Of a stretch of DNA of 64,000 nucleotides, positions 1-10,378 are shown piece after piece. Location: NCBI GenBank assembly GCA_964016885.1, contig OZ024740.1, forward strand, positions 310,558,001 through 310,622,000, in the 5' to 3' direction. Made by a program: the position numbers and the translations under genes. The notes under the pieces are model-generated. The model was not told the DNA's origin. It was given only the letters and a program-made list of their open reading frames with translations, and ran no database searches. The stretch comes from Eledone cirrhosa (Eukaryota). Position 1 is the first letter of the stretch. Every line of letters starts with the position of its first letter.

Positions 1-829
1 ATGGATATAAATGATTGGGCATACACACATACACGTGTCTGTGGATATGTGCGTGCGTAATAAATATCTATCATTTCTGACCAAATTATGAAAAATCTCA
101 TATCTTAATATATGTAAATGCTATTTATAGTGTATTCAAATAAAAGTATTAATTGTTTGTGTGTTCTCAATGTATATATTTAAGTTATATTAAAAACTAT
201 ATGCAAACAAGAATCGTATTTTGTTACCGTAATGTTGTATACTTATAAATTATGTATTTACTTACACCGTGCTTCAAAATTTCATATTTTGCTCTCTTTC
301 AGTGTTTGGTTTTATGTATTCGCTTATTCAGCACAACGAAACCTATGAGGTATTCCTGTACCATTGTGTTATAACTAAAATGTTACCGTTTCAACTTGAA
401 AGATCGAACCAATTCAAGTAGGAAATTATTCGTATAAGTAGAGAAATTTATATTCCTAATACAAGTATTCTATATTTAGTGAAAGAAAACATTACATAAT
501 TCAGATCAGCATAACATTCTATTTATTAACATTTACATTGAATTAATTCTAACAATAGCACAGTAACCTTGTTCATTTCCGTTATATGTGAAATTTTATT
601 CGCATTTCTCATACACAAAGACATGTTTTCATTTCAAAGCTTCTATTTCTTTATTCTGGTGATTTAAATCCTCACCTAAATCTACTCACTACATTTAATA
701 CACCAAACAGTGTTGTATATCAAATTGAAATATAAAATCATGACTATGTAGTAGACACTAACGAACAAGGACAAACAAAACAAGGCCGATATGAAGTAAT
801 ATATCCATGACCATGCATATATGTGTGAT

Positions 830-965
<136 letters not shown>

Positions 966-993
966 AGAGACGGTTTTATTCGTGCATCCTCAC

Positions 994-1073
994 TGTATTC
1001 GTTATACGCATTTCCAAGATGTAATGTAGTTATATAATAATCCCCTTACACGTTCTCTTCAGACCAATATACA
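994..1073 (-). ncRNA. Type I hammerhead ribozyme
   Basis: Minus strand: tgtatattggt-CTGAAGA-gaacgtgtaa...ttacatcttg-GAAAT-gcgt-ATA-acgaataca; stems I and II pair imperfectly, AUA cleavage triplet, AATAAA downstream. Confidence 0.7.
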
Positions 1074-1169
1074 AACGAGATGCAATTTTCCACTACGGAC
1101 GTGCTAGTCAACTATATATATATATATATATGGGGAGGGGGCAGCTTACAGCGTAAGATATTTGTTTCT

Positions 1170-1266
1170 TGTTTCTACGTTCTCTCTACAAATCCCGCTC
1201 GTGTCAAATTTGCTTTATATCATTTAAGCTTCGATAAAGAAGTCATTACCAGCCCAGTACTGGTGT
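1170..1266 (+). mobile_element. Old degenerate SINE remnant
   Basis: caaatcccgc...tttgctttatatcat...cgataaa...taccag resembles the central part of the SINE family in this window. Confidence 0.5.
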
Positions 1267-1269
1267 AGA

Positions 1270-1870
1270 CTTCAACATCTCCGGCTCTCACATCCTGGTT
1301 GATCCTCTGGATGAAAGGAAGAATATAGGTAGAGGTTAGCATGTATACTGAATTGACAATAGCGAGTTTGGCTTTTACGCCTACCTTCTTCTGATTACCG
1401 AATGCTGAAGCTGGCGCATTACTGCACCAGCTCCTGCAATTCTTGCACCTAATTTAGCCTTTTGCCTTCCATCACTTGTGAACAGGTCCCTCAGATACTT
1501 GAAATTCTCTACCTGCTTCAGTGGAACTCTATTCACATGTAGAGTACACTGCACAGGCGTGCTTGAGGGAACAGTTTTCGTAGTTTTCCATAGTTGTCGT
1601 ACCACTGATTTTCATTCCAGCCATGCAGTACTCGGCATCAAACCTATCAAATGCAAATCGGAACCACCTTCTGTTGAGTTAAGTAACACAATGTCGTCTG
1701 CAAATTCCAGCGACTAACTTTATACCCGCCAGTTAGGAATAGCACTTACAACCCGGCGGCGCATGTTAATCCTGTTCATTTAAATAATGATCAGAAGAGG
1801 TGAAAGTACACACCCCTGGCGGAGTCCGACTCCCACATTGAATGGTGTCGATTTAACACCATTTCTCCGC
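1270..1870 (-). mobile_element. RTE-clade LINE reverse transcriptase fragment (decayed)
   Basis: Minus-strand translations VGLRQGCVLSPLLI (~1790-1830), SLEFADDIVLL (~1680-1712) and VENFKYL...ARIAGA (ORF 1381-1605); frameshifted. Confidence 0.85.
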
Positions 1871-2392
1871 ACATATAATGAATTAATCTATATTTTAGAT
1901 CTATTTTCAGCAGTGTGTGAAACATTTTAAAATTATAGTATCTATTCATTGAAAAACAATATTTAATGACCATCAATTTCAAAGTTATTGTAATTTATTA
2001 GTTTCTCGACTATATTGAATCTAGTATATTTGATGTTTACTCTCTCATAATAAAAATATTTCAAACTTCGTTAATGCGTAAGTAATTAAATTACATATAC
2101 AGCGATTACCACCACTTATATTGACAAATTTGTCATTATGTATATAGTACACTGTAATAGAGGGCCTTCCATCATTATAAAGAGATTTCACTTATAAGAG
2201 TCCTCTTTACAAAGCAAAATGTGTTATAATTAATATCAGGATATTAACGTTGAAATAATGATACGTACAATATGATAAGATGGTCTGAAAGCACACACAC
2301 ACACACACACATACACACACATATATATATATATAGAGAGAGAGAGATTAAAACAATGAAATTAAACACAAAACTGTTAATTCATTATAAAA

Positions 2393-2529
2393 CATTATTT
2401 TACGATCGTGTCTGGGGGGTAGTTCTCTGTATGTTCATTCAATTATTGATCTATGTAAAACATATTAAAAATATCATAGTGAGAAAAAAATACATACGTC
2501 TTCACTAACCACCGTCTTCAGAAATAATG
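2393..2529 (-). ncRNA. Hammerhead ribozyme, sense pLTR copy (core mutated GAAAC>GACAC)
   Basis: Reverse-complement copy of 4092-4229. Confidence 0.6.
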
Positions 2530-3049
2530 AGTTTTGTTTATTGAAGAATACAAAAAAAAACATACATATGAATAAGTAAGGTTTTATAACCAAGTTGAAA
2601 TTGACCATTGTTAAGAATGGACAGGGGCAGTGTAAATCCTTAAGGTTGCTGGTAGTAGATGAATAAATAACCCATCAGTGGATAATGTATCAAATGTCTT
2701 TTAAGAAAAGAAATGAAGTGAGAGTTGTTAGTGTAAATGAGTTTAGTCATATTGTATATAAAAGTGTTGATGGTCAAAGAAGATTACGGTTGGAGGAGGA
2801 GGGGTACTGAGGTTAGTGTGTTAGAATGGAATAGAACAATCTTAAAAAGGTAGTTATTTCTTTGTTGTGAGGAATAATTTGTTCTAAAATATATAATATA
2901 AAAAAATACATATACACATGTATAGTTACACATGTTTATATATAGGCATACATTTATGCATATACATACATATATACACACAGATATACATATTCACACA
3001 CATACCTATATTCACACATTTATTCACCTATATCTTTTTCTATATTTGT

Positions 3050-3997
3050 TTAGTTGTATTTATAATATTTGAATGTGCTTCTAATTTTATGGTTACATAC
3101 TAAAATTAATTATTGCCTTTTATTTAATAGAGTGTCCTTCGATTTAGTAATTTCAAAAATTTCTTGGGAACATAGTCCTCACTCCCTTCTATTGCCCTGA
3201 TAAGAAATAGTTCTCTTAAGAATCTTCCAAGTTAGGTTATATTTAATATTCTTCTTTTTACAATTATTAACTGCTTCTGCTAAAGAAGTGGTATTTGCTA
3301 ATTTTGTGTTTCGGAAACTGTGGGTGTGTGCATAAAATCTCGATTTAAATGGATTAGAAGTGGATCCTATATAGGATTGATTAGAGTCTTTAGTGGTGAT
3401 TACACATTTATATACTATAATCAATTAATCAATTTCCATTTAAGGGGCAATTTTCTTTTATTCTACAATTACAACCGTTTGCATATAGCGTTTCAGATGT
3501 GCTATCCATATTCTCAATAATAGTGCTAGTATTTGTGTTTACCTTTTTATTTGGGAGAGAAGGGTTTATGGTAGGGTGGTTATAATCCGAATTGTTGCTA
3601 GTAGGTGAAATTATAATTGATATAGCGTTTCTGGAGTCATGGTTGTTTAGGGCGCTATTAGTTAGATTGGGTATGTACATCTTAGTCCCTATTAAGGATG
3701 AGGAATATGGTAGTTGGTTGTAGTCTACTATATTGTACTGGTGAGGTGAGTGAGCGGATCTATCAGGGGGATATGCAGTAATATTCCGGTTATGCGTTGT
3801 AGTATTACCATAGTTATCTTGTGTGCGGTGTGATATTGTGTGTGGTATAGATGGAGCTGTTTTACATTTATAGACGTTATATGCACTTATTTTTTGTTGT
3901 ATATTGCTCGATGTGGTGTAAGAAAATTTTACTATATTTCTGTTTAAGATTTGGTGGTATTTGTGGTTAGGTGGGAAATGCTTATCGAGAATTGTAA
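3050..3997 (-). pseudogene. PLE RT-thumb/linker plus GIY-YIG endonuclease, with two in-frame TGA at Cys positions
   Basis: LDKHFPPNHKYHQILNRNIVKFSY...CNCRIKENCPLNGN[TGA]LID / frameshift / IVYKC..SYIGSTSNPFKSRFYAH...NRRE[TGA]GLCSQE...LNKRQ[TAA]LILVCNHK, stop at 3050-3052. Confidence 0.85.
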
Positions 3998-4091
3998 CAT
4001 TCTTAACAATGGTCAATTTCAACCTGGTTATGAAAACCTTACTTATTCATATGTATGTTTTTTTTTTTTGTATTCTTCAATAAACAAAACT

Positions 4092-4229
4092 CATTATTTC
4101 TGAAGACGGCGGGTAGTGAAGACGTATGTATTTTTTTTTCACTATGATATTTTGTAATATGTTTTAGATATATCAATAATTGAATGAACATACAGAGAAC
4201 TACACCCCAGAAACGATCGTAAAATAATG
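4092..4229 (+). ncRNA. Type I hammerhead ribozyme with ~100-nt stem/loop II
   Basis: cattattt-CTGAAGA-[4107-4209]-GAAAC-gatc-GTA-aaataatg; perfect 8-bp stem I and palindromic minimal stem III. Confidence 0.85.
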
Positions 4230-4415
4230 TGTTTTACTATGAATTAACAGTTTTGTGTTTAATTTCATTGTTTTAATATTTCTATTTTGACACTGTATCC
4301 AATTGAATTATATCGCTGATAAACATTTTTGTATTTTACACTTTGCTTCACGACATCTTCATTTACATTGTGATCTTTATAAGGTTTAGACCCTACCATT
4401 GAGTGTAGATTTATC

Positions 4416-4453
<38 letters not shown>

Positions 4454-4914
4454 AGAGAGAGAGGGGGGGAGAGATATGTATATGTATGTATACATATATA
4501 CATGTGTGTGTGTGTGTGTTATTTGAATGTCTGTGTTCATATGTTTGTGAGTGTGAAGGTTATTTACTTTTCCGATGACACATTGACACAGCTGTTACAT
4601 TGCCTAACAAATAGTCGAATAAATCAGCTTAAATTACTTATTGAGGGAGAGCAAATTTTGGACTGTGACACGTTCAGGAATCGAATCGTGCCTCCACACA
4701 ATAGCGGGCGGATGCCATAAAGACTGCACCAAAGTGCCGTATGAATTTTTCACCAACTAATTGGATGCTTCGGCGTTGACTAGGAATGTAAATAAACTGA
4801 TACGTTTACGAAGTATGAAAACCCGATTTAATTATGGTCTTCTCGATGTATGCACACACACGTATATATCTAAGCCTCTTATAGATTAACAGAACAATTA
4901 TCAATCGTTAATTT

Positions 4915-5102
4915 AATAATTGTTTCTACTTTTGGCACAAGGCCAGCAATTACCCAGTGCATTACTGGTACTTTATTTTATCGACCCAGTAAGGATGAAA
5001 GGCAAAGTTAACCTCGGCGGGATTTGAACTCAGAATGGCAAGGGCCGTAACTCTATGCGTCAAAGCATGGCCTCCGACCCTCTACCGATACTGCCAATCC
5101 AC
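4915..5102 (-). mobile_element. Octopus-type tRNA-derived SINE
   Basis: A-box-like tggcagtatcgg, B box gagttcaaatcc, tail gtagaaacaattatt; TSD tttaataat. Confidence 0.92.
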
Positions 5103-5262
5103 TTTAATAATATAAGATGTTATCACCGATATGATGTATGTTGAGTGTGAAGTCAATGTTAATCTGTCTTTGTATGATGGTTTTACGGGATGATATATTT
5201 CACAATATTGGTTTGTAATACGAAAATGTAAAATTGAAACATCATGTGTTTGCATTATAATT

Positions 5263-5377
5263 GTGTGGATTGGCAGTATCGGTAGCGGGTCGACGCCATG
5301 CTTTGACTCATAGAGTTACGACCCTTGCCATTCTGAGTTCAAATCCCGCCAAGATTAACTTTGCCTTTCATCCTTAC
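5263..5377 (+). mobile_element. SINE, 3'-truncated
   Basis: Head and body of the same family, breaks off after catccttac. Confidence 0.9.
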
Positions 5378-5383
5378 AATTTA

Positions 5384-5570
5384 ATAATTGTTTCTACTTT
5401 TGGCACAAGGCCAGAAATTATCCCAGTGTATTACTGGTACTTTATTTTATCGACCCCGTAAGGATGAAAGGCAAAGTTAACCTTGGCGGGATTTGAACTC
5501 AGAACGTTAAGGGACGTAACTCTGCTGTAAAGCATCACGTCCGACCCTCTACCGATACTGCCAATCCACC
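5384..5570 (-). mobile_element. SINE, full length (second subfamily)
   Basis: Same family with the gttacgtcccttaacg variant; 16-bp direct repeat at 5246-5261 and 5571-5586 encloses this copy and the previous one. Confidence 0.92.
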
Positions 5571-5931
5571 GTGTTTGCATTATAATGTATGTAATTCTGC
5601 TTTTAGAATCACACATCACTTTATACGCATGAGGCATAGTAGACACATATTCACACACATAATTTACATCATAATTTTACTTTTTAATTTTCACATTTAA
5701 ATTAAATGAGATGGTGAGTTTAAAATTATAACCCCATATAGACAATACAATTATAACAAGTGGACATATATTGTAGCACACAGACACCCTCACACAAACA
5801 CACAAGCACACAAACACAAACTCCAGTTCCTCGTTGAAATAACAACCCTACAAGGAACTGGGCATATCAGAGTATTGACAATATTATACACCTAAACGAC
5901 ATATGTACTTGTCTATACCATACTAATTCAA

Positions 5932-5986
5932 ACTGCCTGAAGAGGTCACTGCCAAAGATGGCTGTAACTGAAATATATATAGCAGT
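5932..5986 (+). ncRNA. Type I hammerhead ribozyme, intact core
   Basis: actgc-CTGAAGA-ggtcactgcca aaga tggctgtaact-GAAAT-atat-ATA-gcagt, then AATAAA and (TA)n ~50 nt later. Confidence 0.88.
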
Positions 5987-6036
5987 AATAAACGAAGCTC
6001 AATTTTAATCATTTGACTTTTATTTAACTTTATTTT

Positions 6037-6041
6037 ATATA

Positions 6042-6082
<41 letters not shown>

Positions 6083-6186
6083 TATATTATATATATATAT
6101 TATATATATATATTATATATATATATATATATTATATATATATATATTATATATATATATATTATATATTATATATTATATATATA

Positions 6187-6226
<40 letters not shown>
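6037..6226. repeat. Interrupted (TA)n array
   Basis: Directly visible. Confidence 0.95.
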
Positions 6227-6228
<2 letters not shown>

Positions 6229-9200
6229 CTTTGAATAACTTTGAAATGTTTTGGCCAGTATTGGCCCAGGCCATGTCTAACTTAATAGCACCACCTGGCG
6301 AAGTCTTTCAATTCAGGATTTGGGCACCATGGCCCATTCGAGAAGAGAATTACTGTTTGCGGAGACATATCCGGGTGTGGGTGGTTTGTCCGGGATTACT
6401 TGGAGGAATTTGTCCAAAGACTTCTTGAATTTTGTGTGGTCAGTTTCTGTTTTGACGTGTCCTGGTGTGATGTTGAAGAGAGCAGGGCCGATTGAGGTGA
6501 AATAATTGTGCCGTATTGTTGTTATGAGTTGCGATTTAGATTTTTGAATGGGACGGATAGCACGGGGCCCAAGCCTTGGGTGTATCTTGAAGGCGATGCC
6601 AACATCATTTGGGCAGTGATGATGGAACATTTTCCACATCATGCAGATAATATAACGCTCACGGCGACGTTGGAGTGAGTAAAGTTTCAGGTTTTCCAAT
6701 CGACCCCAGTAGTCAAGGTCTGACATGCCATCTATCTTTTTCGTGATTGCCCTTTGAGGAGCTTCAAGTTTCATGATACTTTGTTTCGTGTGAGGAGACC
6801 ACAGTGGACAACAGTATTCAAGGTGTGGTCGGGCGAAAGTAGAGAAGAGAAGGATAATGGTGCGGGAATCTCTCGACTGGAAGGTTCTGAGGATCCAGGA
6901 ACACATTCTGCGGGCCATGTCAACTTTGCTGCTTATATGCGTGGTCCAGCTTATGTTGCTGTCCACGGTTACTCCCAAGTCTCTGATGTTGTTAGATGCC
7001 ACGAGAGTTTCCCCGGAGGGAAGGGAGTACGGGAGTTTCAGAGCATCCTCTTTTCCAAAGTGGATCAGTTCGAATTTGTCTTCGTTCAGTAACATGTTGT
7101 TCTTTTCTGCCCATTGGGTAACAGCCAGTAGGTCTGACTGAAGGCTTATCCGGTCATCCACGCCATTGATGACCTTTTGGAGCTTGGAATCATCAGCGAA
7201 AATTTTAATGTTGCTGTGTTTGATGATGTCAGTGATGTCATTAATATAGATGATGAAGAGAAGTGGGCCCAACACAGTGCCTTGTGGGACTCCACTACTG
7301 ACTTTGGCTGGGCTTGATTTGACTCCCTCAACTACAACATGTTGGGTTCTGTTTGACAGGAAGCTCTTGATCCACTGCAGCAGCTTTCCAGTGACACCAA
7401 TATTGGACAGCTTTCTCAGTAGAATGTTATGATCAACCCTGTCAAAGGCCTTGCTGAAATCAAGGTAGATAACATCAGTGTTGGAACCCTCTCCCAAGGC
7501 TCTCAAAATGTCATCAAAGTGATGCAGTAGTTGCGTCAGGCAATCCCTTCCATTACGGAATCCATGCTGGTTGGAGTTCAGCATATTGTTACTCTCAAGG
7601 AAGTGGGTCATTCGCGATCTCACCACTCGCTCAAATACCTTAATGATATGAGAGGTGAGTGAGATTGGACGGTAATTCACGGCAAGGGATTTGTTTCCCT
7701 TTTTGAAAACTGGGACAACAGACTGGGATAGAAGGTTTTCTGGCACATATCCAGCATCCAGTGAGTTCCGCCACAGATTGGCAAGAGGAGAAGCAAGTTG
7801 GTGTTGACACGCCTTCAAGACACAAGCAGGGAACCTATCGGGACCTACTGCTGAATTATGCTTGATTTCCTTTATTGCCGCCAAGACATCAGGGGCGCCA
7901 AACGTTATGTCCGATAAGGTGTAATGGGGAGTAACATCGCCGATACAGCCCAGATCGGCCATATCAGGATTGCTGAAAACAGAGCAGTATTGTTTCTGCA
8001 GTATCTCACCCATGGTTTTAGCATTGTCTTGAAGAGTGCCATTTTCATCAATTAGAGGGCCAACAGTAGAGCCAGTGATTTTGTGTTTTTTTGCAAATGA
8101 AAAGAACACTTTGGGATTGAGTTTGATCTTCTCAATGGCCCAGGCCTCTTCAGCTCTTCTCTGATTGTTGATGAGGGACATTATGTTGTTTTGGAGGTTA
8201 TGTTTTTTAATCTCTAGTGATGAAATGGCAGTCAAGTTGATGTGTTGCTGCTGACAGTATTTCAGCTTGTTGATTTTTTTGTTCGTTCTCTTAATTTTTC
8301 TGATGAGCGTTTTTCTATTTCTAGGGATTCTGCTCTTAGATTTGTTTATAGTTCTTAATGGGGTGTGTTTAGCACATATGTTTGTAACAGTGTCCACAAA
8401 TGTCTGCCAGGACTTTTTGATGTTAGTGGGTGTATGAGTGTGCGTGAAGGACCAGTCGACATGTGCAAGATCATGACTGATCGCTTCCCAGTTTGCATTG
8501 TGGAAATCCATAGCGTCAAACGGATGGACAGGAGAGATGACATTGGGTTTGTATATTGGACGGTGGAATCTCAGATCACAGAGAACCATGTCATGATCAG
8601 AGAGTAGAGTTTTCTCCACTGCAATATTGTGGATATTGTCAGTGTGATTGCTGAAAATTAAGTCTAGGACGTTTTTGTGGCACCTCGTTGGTTCGAGCAC
8701 TAGTTGGGATAGGAAGAAATCATCCATGAAGTCAAGAAGCGATTCCACAGCTTCCCTGTCAGAGGTTGAGGCAGAAGAACCTGGTGGCAGGATGTTTGTG
8801 GACCAGTCAACTTCGGGGAGGTTGAAGTCCCCCATCATTAAGATGTTGTCAGGGTGACACTCTTGGATGAAACACTTTATGCTGTTGAGGCATTCCTTGA
8901 AGCATGGTACAGGCGTTTGGGGTGGCCTATAGAGCCCAACTACTAATAGGTTGTTGGTTTGACTGAATACAGTGACTGCCTCACAGTATCCATTAGTGAA
9001 TATGTTCATAGCCTCTGTTGAGAAAGAATTATGGACATAAATGGCAGTTCCGCCCTTTCTTCTGCCAGCGCGATCAGCACGGATGGCTTTGAAATTTTTC
9101 ACTTTCACCTCGGCTTCCAAGTGGAGGTTACTGAGATGGGTTTCAGTGAGGACGAAGAAAGGGATGTGGTTTGGATGGACATCAATCCAGTCCTCCAGGA

Positions 9201-9250
9201 ATTTGATCTTCCATTTTTGAGTATTGGTGGAAGGGCTGATGCCTTGGGCA
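6227..9250 (-). mobile_element. Young 5'-truncated CR1-like LINE inserted in (TA)n
   Basis: Uninterrupted APE-RT ORF, ~85-nt 3'UTR ending in the tandem ttcaaagtta x2; (TA)n on both sides. Confidence 0.92.
6313..9249 (-). CDS. LINE ORF2 (APE endonuclease + reverse transcriptase), open but lacking its start
   Basis: Motifs YRPP, MGDFN, LDLIF, SDH; NYRPISLTS, YLDFSKAFDRV, GVPQGTVLGPLLF, FADD; frame continues upstream of the called ORF as AQGISP...FVLTETHL to 9249. Confidence 0.92.
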   Translation of the reverse strand, partial: AQGISPSTNTQKWKIKFLEDWIDVHPNHIPFFVLTETHLSNLHLEAEVKVKNFKAIRADRAGRRKGGTAIYVHNSFSTEAMNIFTNGYCEAVTVFSQTNNLLVVGLYRPPQTPVPCFKECLNSIKCFIQECHPDNILMMGDFNLPEVDWSTNILPPGSSASTSDREAVESLLDFMDDFFLSQLVLEPTRCHKNVLDLIFSNHTDNIHNIAVEKTLLSDHDMVLCDLRFHRPIYKPNVISPVHPFDAMDFHNANWEAISHDLAHVDWSFTHTHTPTNIKKSWQTFVDTVTNICAKHTPLRTINKSKSRIPRNRKTLIRKIKRTNKKINKLKYCQQQHINLTAISSLEIKKHNLQNNIMSLINNQRRAEEAWAIEKIKLNPKVFFSFAKKHKITGSTVGPLIDENGTLQDNAKTMGEILQKQYCSVFSNPDMADLGCIGDVTPHYTLSDITFGAPDVLAAIKEIKHNSAVGPDRFPACVLKACQHQLASPLANLWRNSLDAGYVPENLLSQSVVPVFKKGNKSLAVNYRPISLTSHIIKVFERVVRSRMTHFLESNNMLNSNQHGFRNGRDCLTQLLHHFDDILRALGEGSNTDVIYLDFSKAFDRVDHNILLRKLSNIGVTGKLLQWIKSFLSNRTQHVVVEGVKSSPAKVSSGVPQGTVLGPLLFIIYINDITDIIKHSNIKIFADDSKLQKVINGVDDRISLQSDLLAVTQWAEKNNMLLNEDKFELIHFGKEDALKLPYSLPSGETLVASNNIRDLGVTVDSNISWTTHISSKVDMARRMCSWILRTFQSRDSRTIILLFSTFARPHLEYCCPLWSPHTKQSIMKLEAPQRAITKKIDGMSDLDYWGRLENLKLYSLQRRRERYIICMMWKMFHHHCPNDVGIAFKIHPRLGPRAIRPIQKSKSQLITTIRHNYFTSIGPALFNITPGHVKTETDHTKFKKSLDKFLQVIPDKPPTPGYVSANSNSLLEWAMVPKS

Positions 9251-9261
9251 TATATATATAT

Positions 9262-9295
<34 letters not shown>

Positions 9296-9299
9296 ATAT

Positions 9300-9360
<61 letters not shown>

Positions 9361-9386
9361 ATATTATATTATATATATATATATAT

Positions 9387-9460
<74 letters not shown>
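9251..9460. repeat. Interrupted (TA)n array
   Basis: Directly visible. Confidence 0.95.
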
Positions 9461-9466
<6 letters not shown>

Positions 9467-9856
9467 GAAGTTGCAAATGCTACTGGAGTCGTGCAGAAGA
9501 TTTATTAACACTAATTTATGACTTTACGGGAATAACAAGTTTCAATATTTTCAAAACTCAAGAGAGATGGAGAAATGTATGGATATGAAGTCTGGCGAGT
9601 TAGACGTCGGCATGAAAATCACAATTAGGCAAAATGTAATCCATCATAATAATAATAGTAAAGAATATAATAATAATTATAATATTAATAATATCATGAT
9701 GAGAAATATACATTATACGAAGTTGTGTTTAAATAGGTTTGTGTTTAAAGTGAGTACAGGAATCAGAACATGTTGCTATTGTAGCGACAAGAAAAATTTG
9801 TATAGGAGAAATTGTAAAGATTAAATGATGTAAGAATCCCTATCGTAATTTGTTAC

Positions 9857-9908
<52 letters not shown>

Positions 9909-10088
9909 ACCAGGTGTACCATAACGCACCAGAGTACTAATACTTAGGGTAGTAGAATGGGTAATATGAATTGACAGAAGCCCGACGGCTGAACTCCGGC
10001 CATTTCGACAGCTAGATCCGAACAGTTCGGATCTAGCTGTCGAAACGGCCGAAGCTCAGCCATCGGGGCCCGCCCTGTCTCTTTTCAT
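9909..10088 (-). mobile_element. Fold-back short element (putative PLE 3' end), family shared with 35468-35516 and 47548-47735
   Basis: Palindrome 9981-10067; tggtgcgttatggt.cacctgg motif shared among the three loci; TA-flanked. Confidence 0.65.
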
Positions 10089-10378
10089 ATATGTATATAT
10101 ATATATATTTGTATGTGTGTGTGTATGTATGTGTGTGTGTGTCCGTGCGCGCGTGTGTGCGTCTGTGTTTGTATGAATCTCTCTATATATATGAGGTTAT
10201 GGTGTAATACTTTACCATTTTCATTGGTAAGATGAGCTAAGCTGGATATACTTTACCGTCCTCTGTTCTTTAGGAGTAAACAGAAACTGGATGAATTAAG
10301 GGCAGTTCATGTACCACAGCATTAAATTTGAAATTTTAAGAAAGCCAAGAATATGATATCATTATTTAATTATTCATC

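Larger units (their letters stand above)
2348..4420 (-). mobile_element. 5'-truncated Penelope-like element (GIY-YIG EN+, Naiad-like) with inverted pseudo-LTR
   Basis: GIY-YIG region on minus strand; 2349-2619 is the reverse complement of 3998-4274; HHR inside the repeat; both ends abut microsatellites. Confidence 0.85.
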
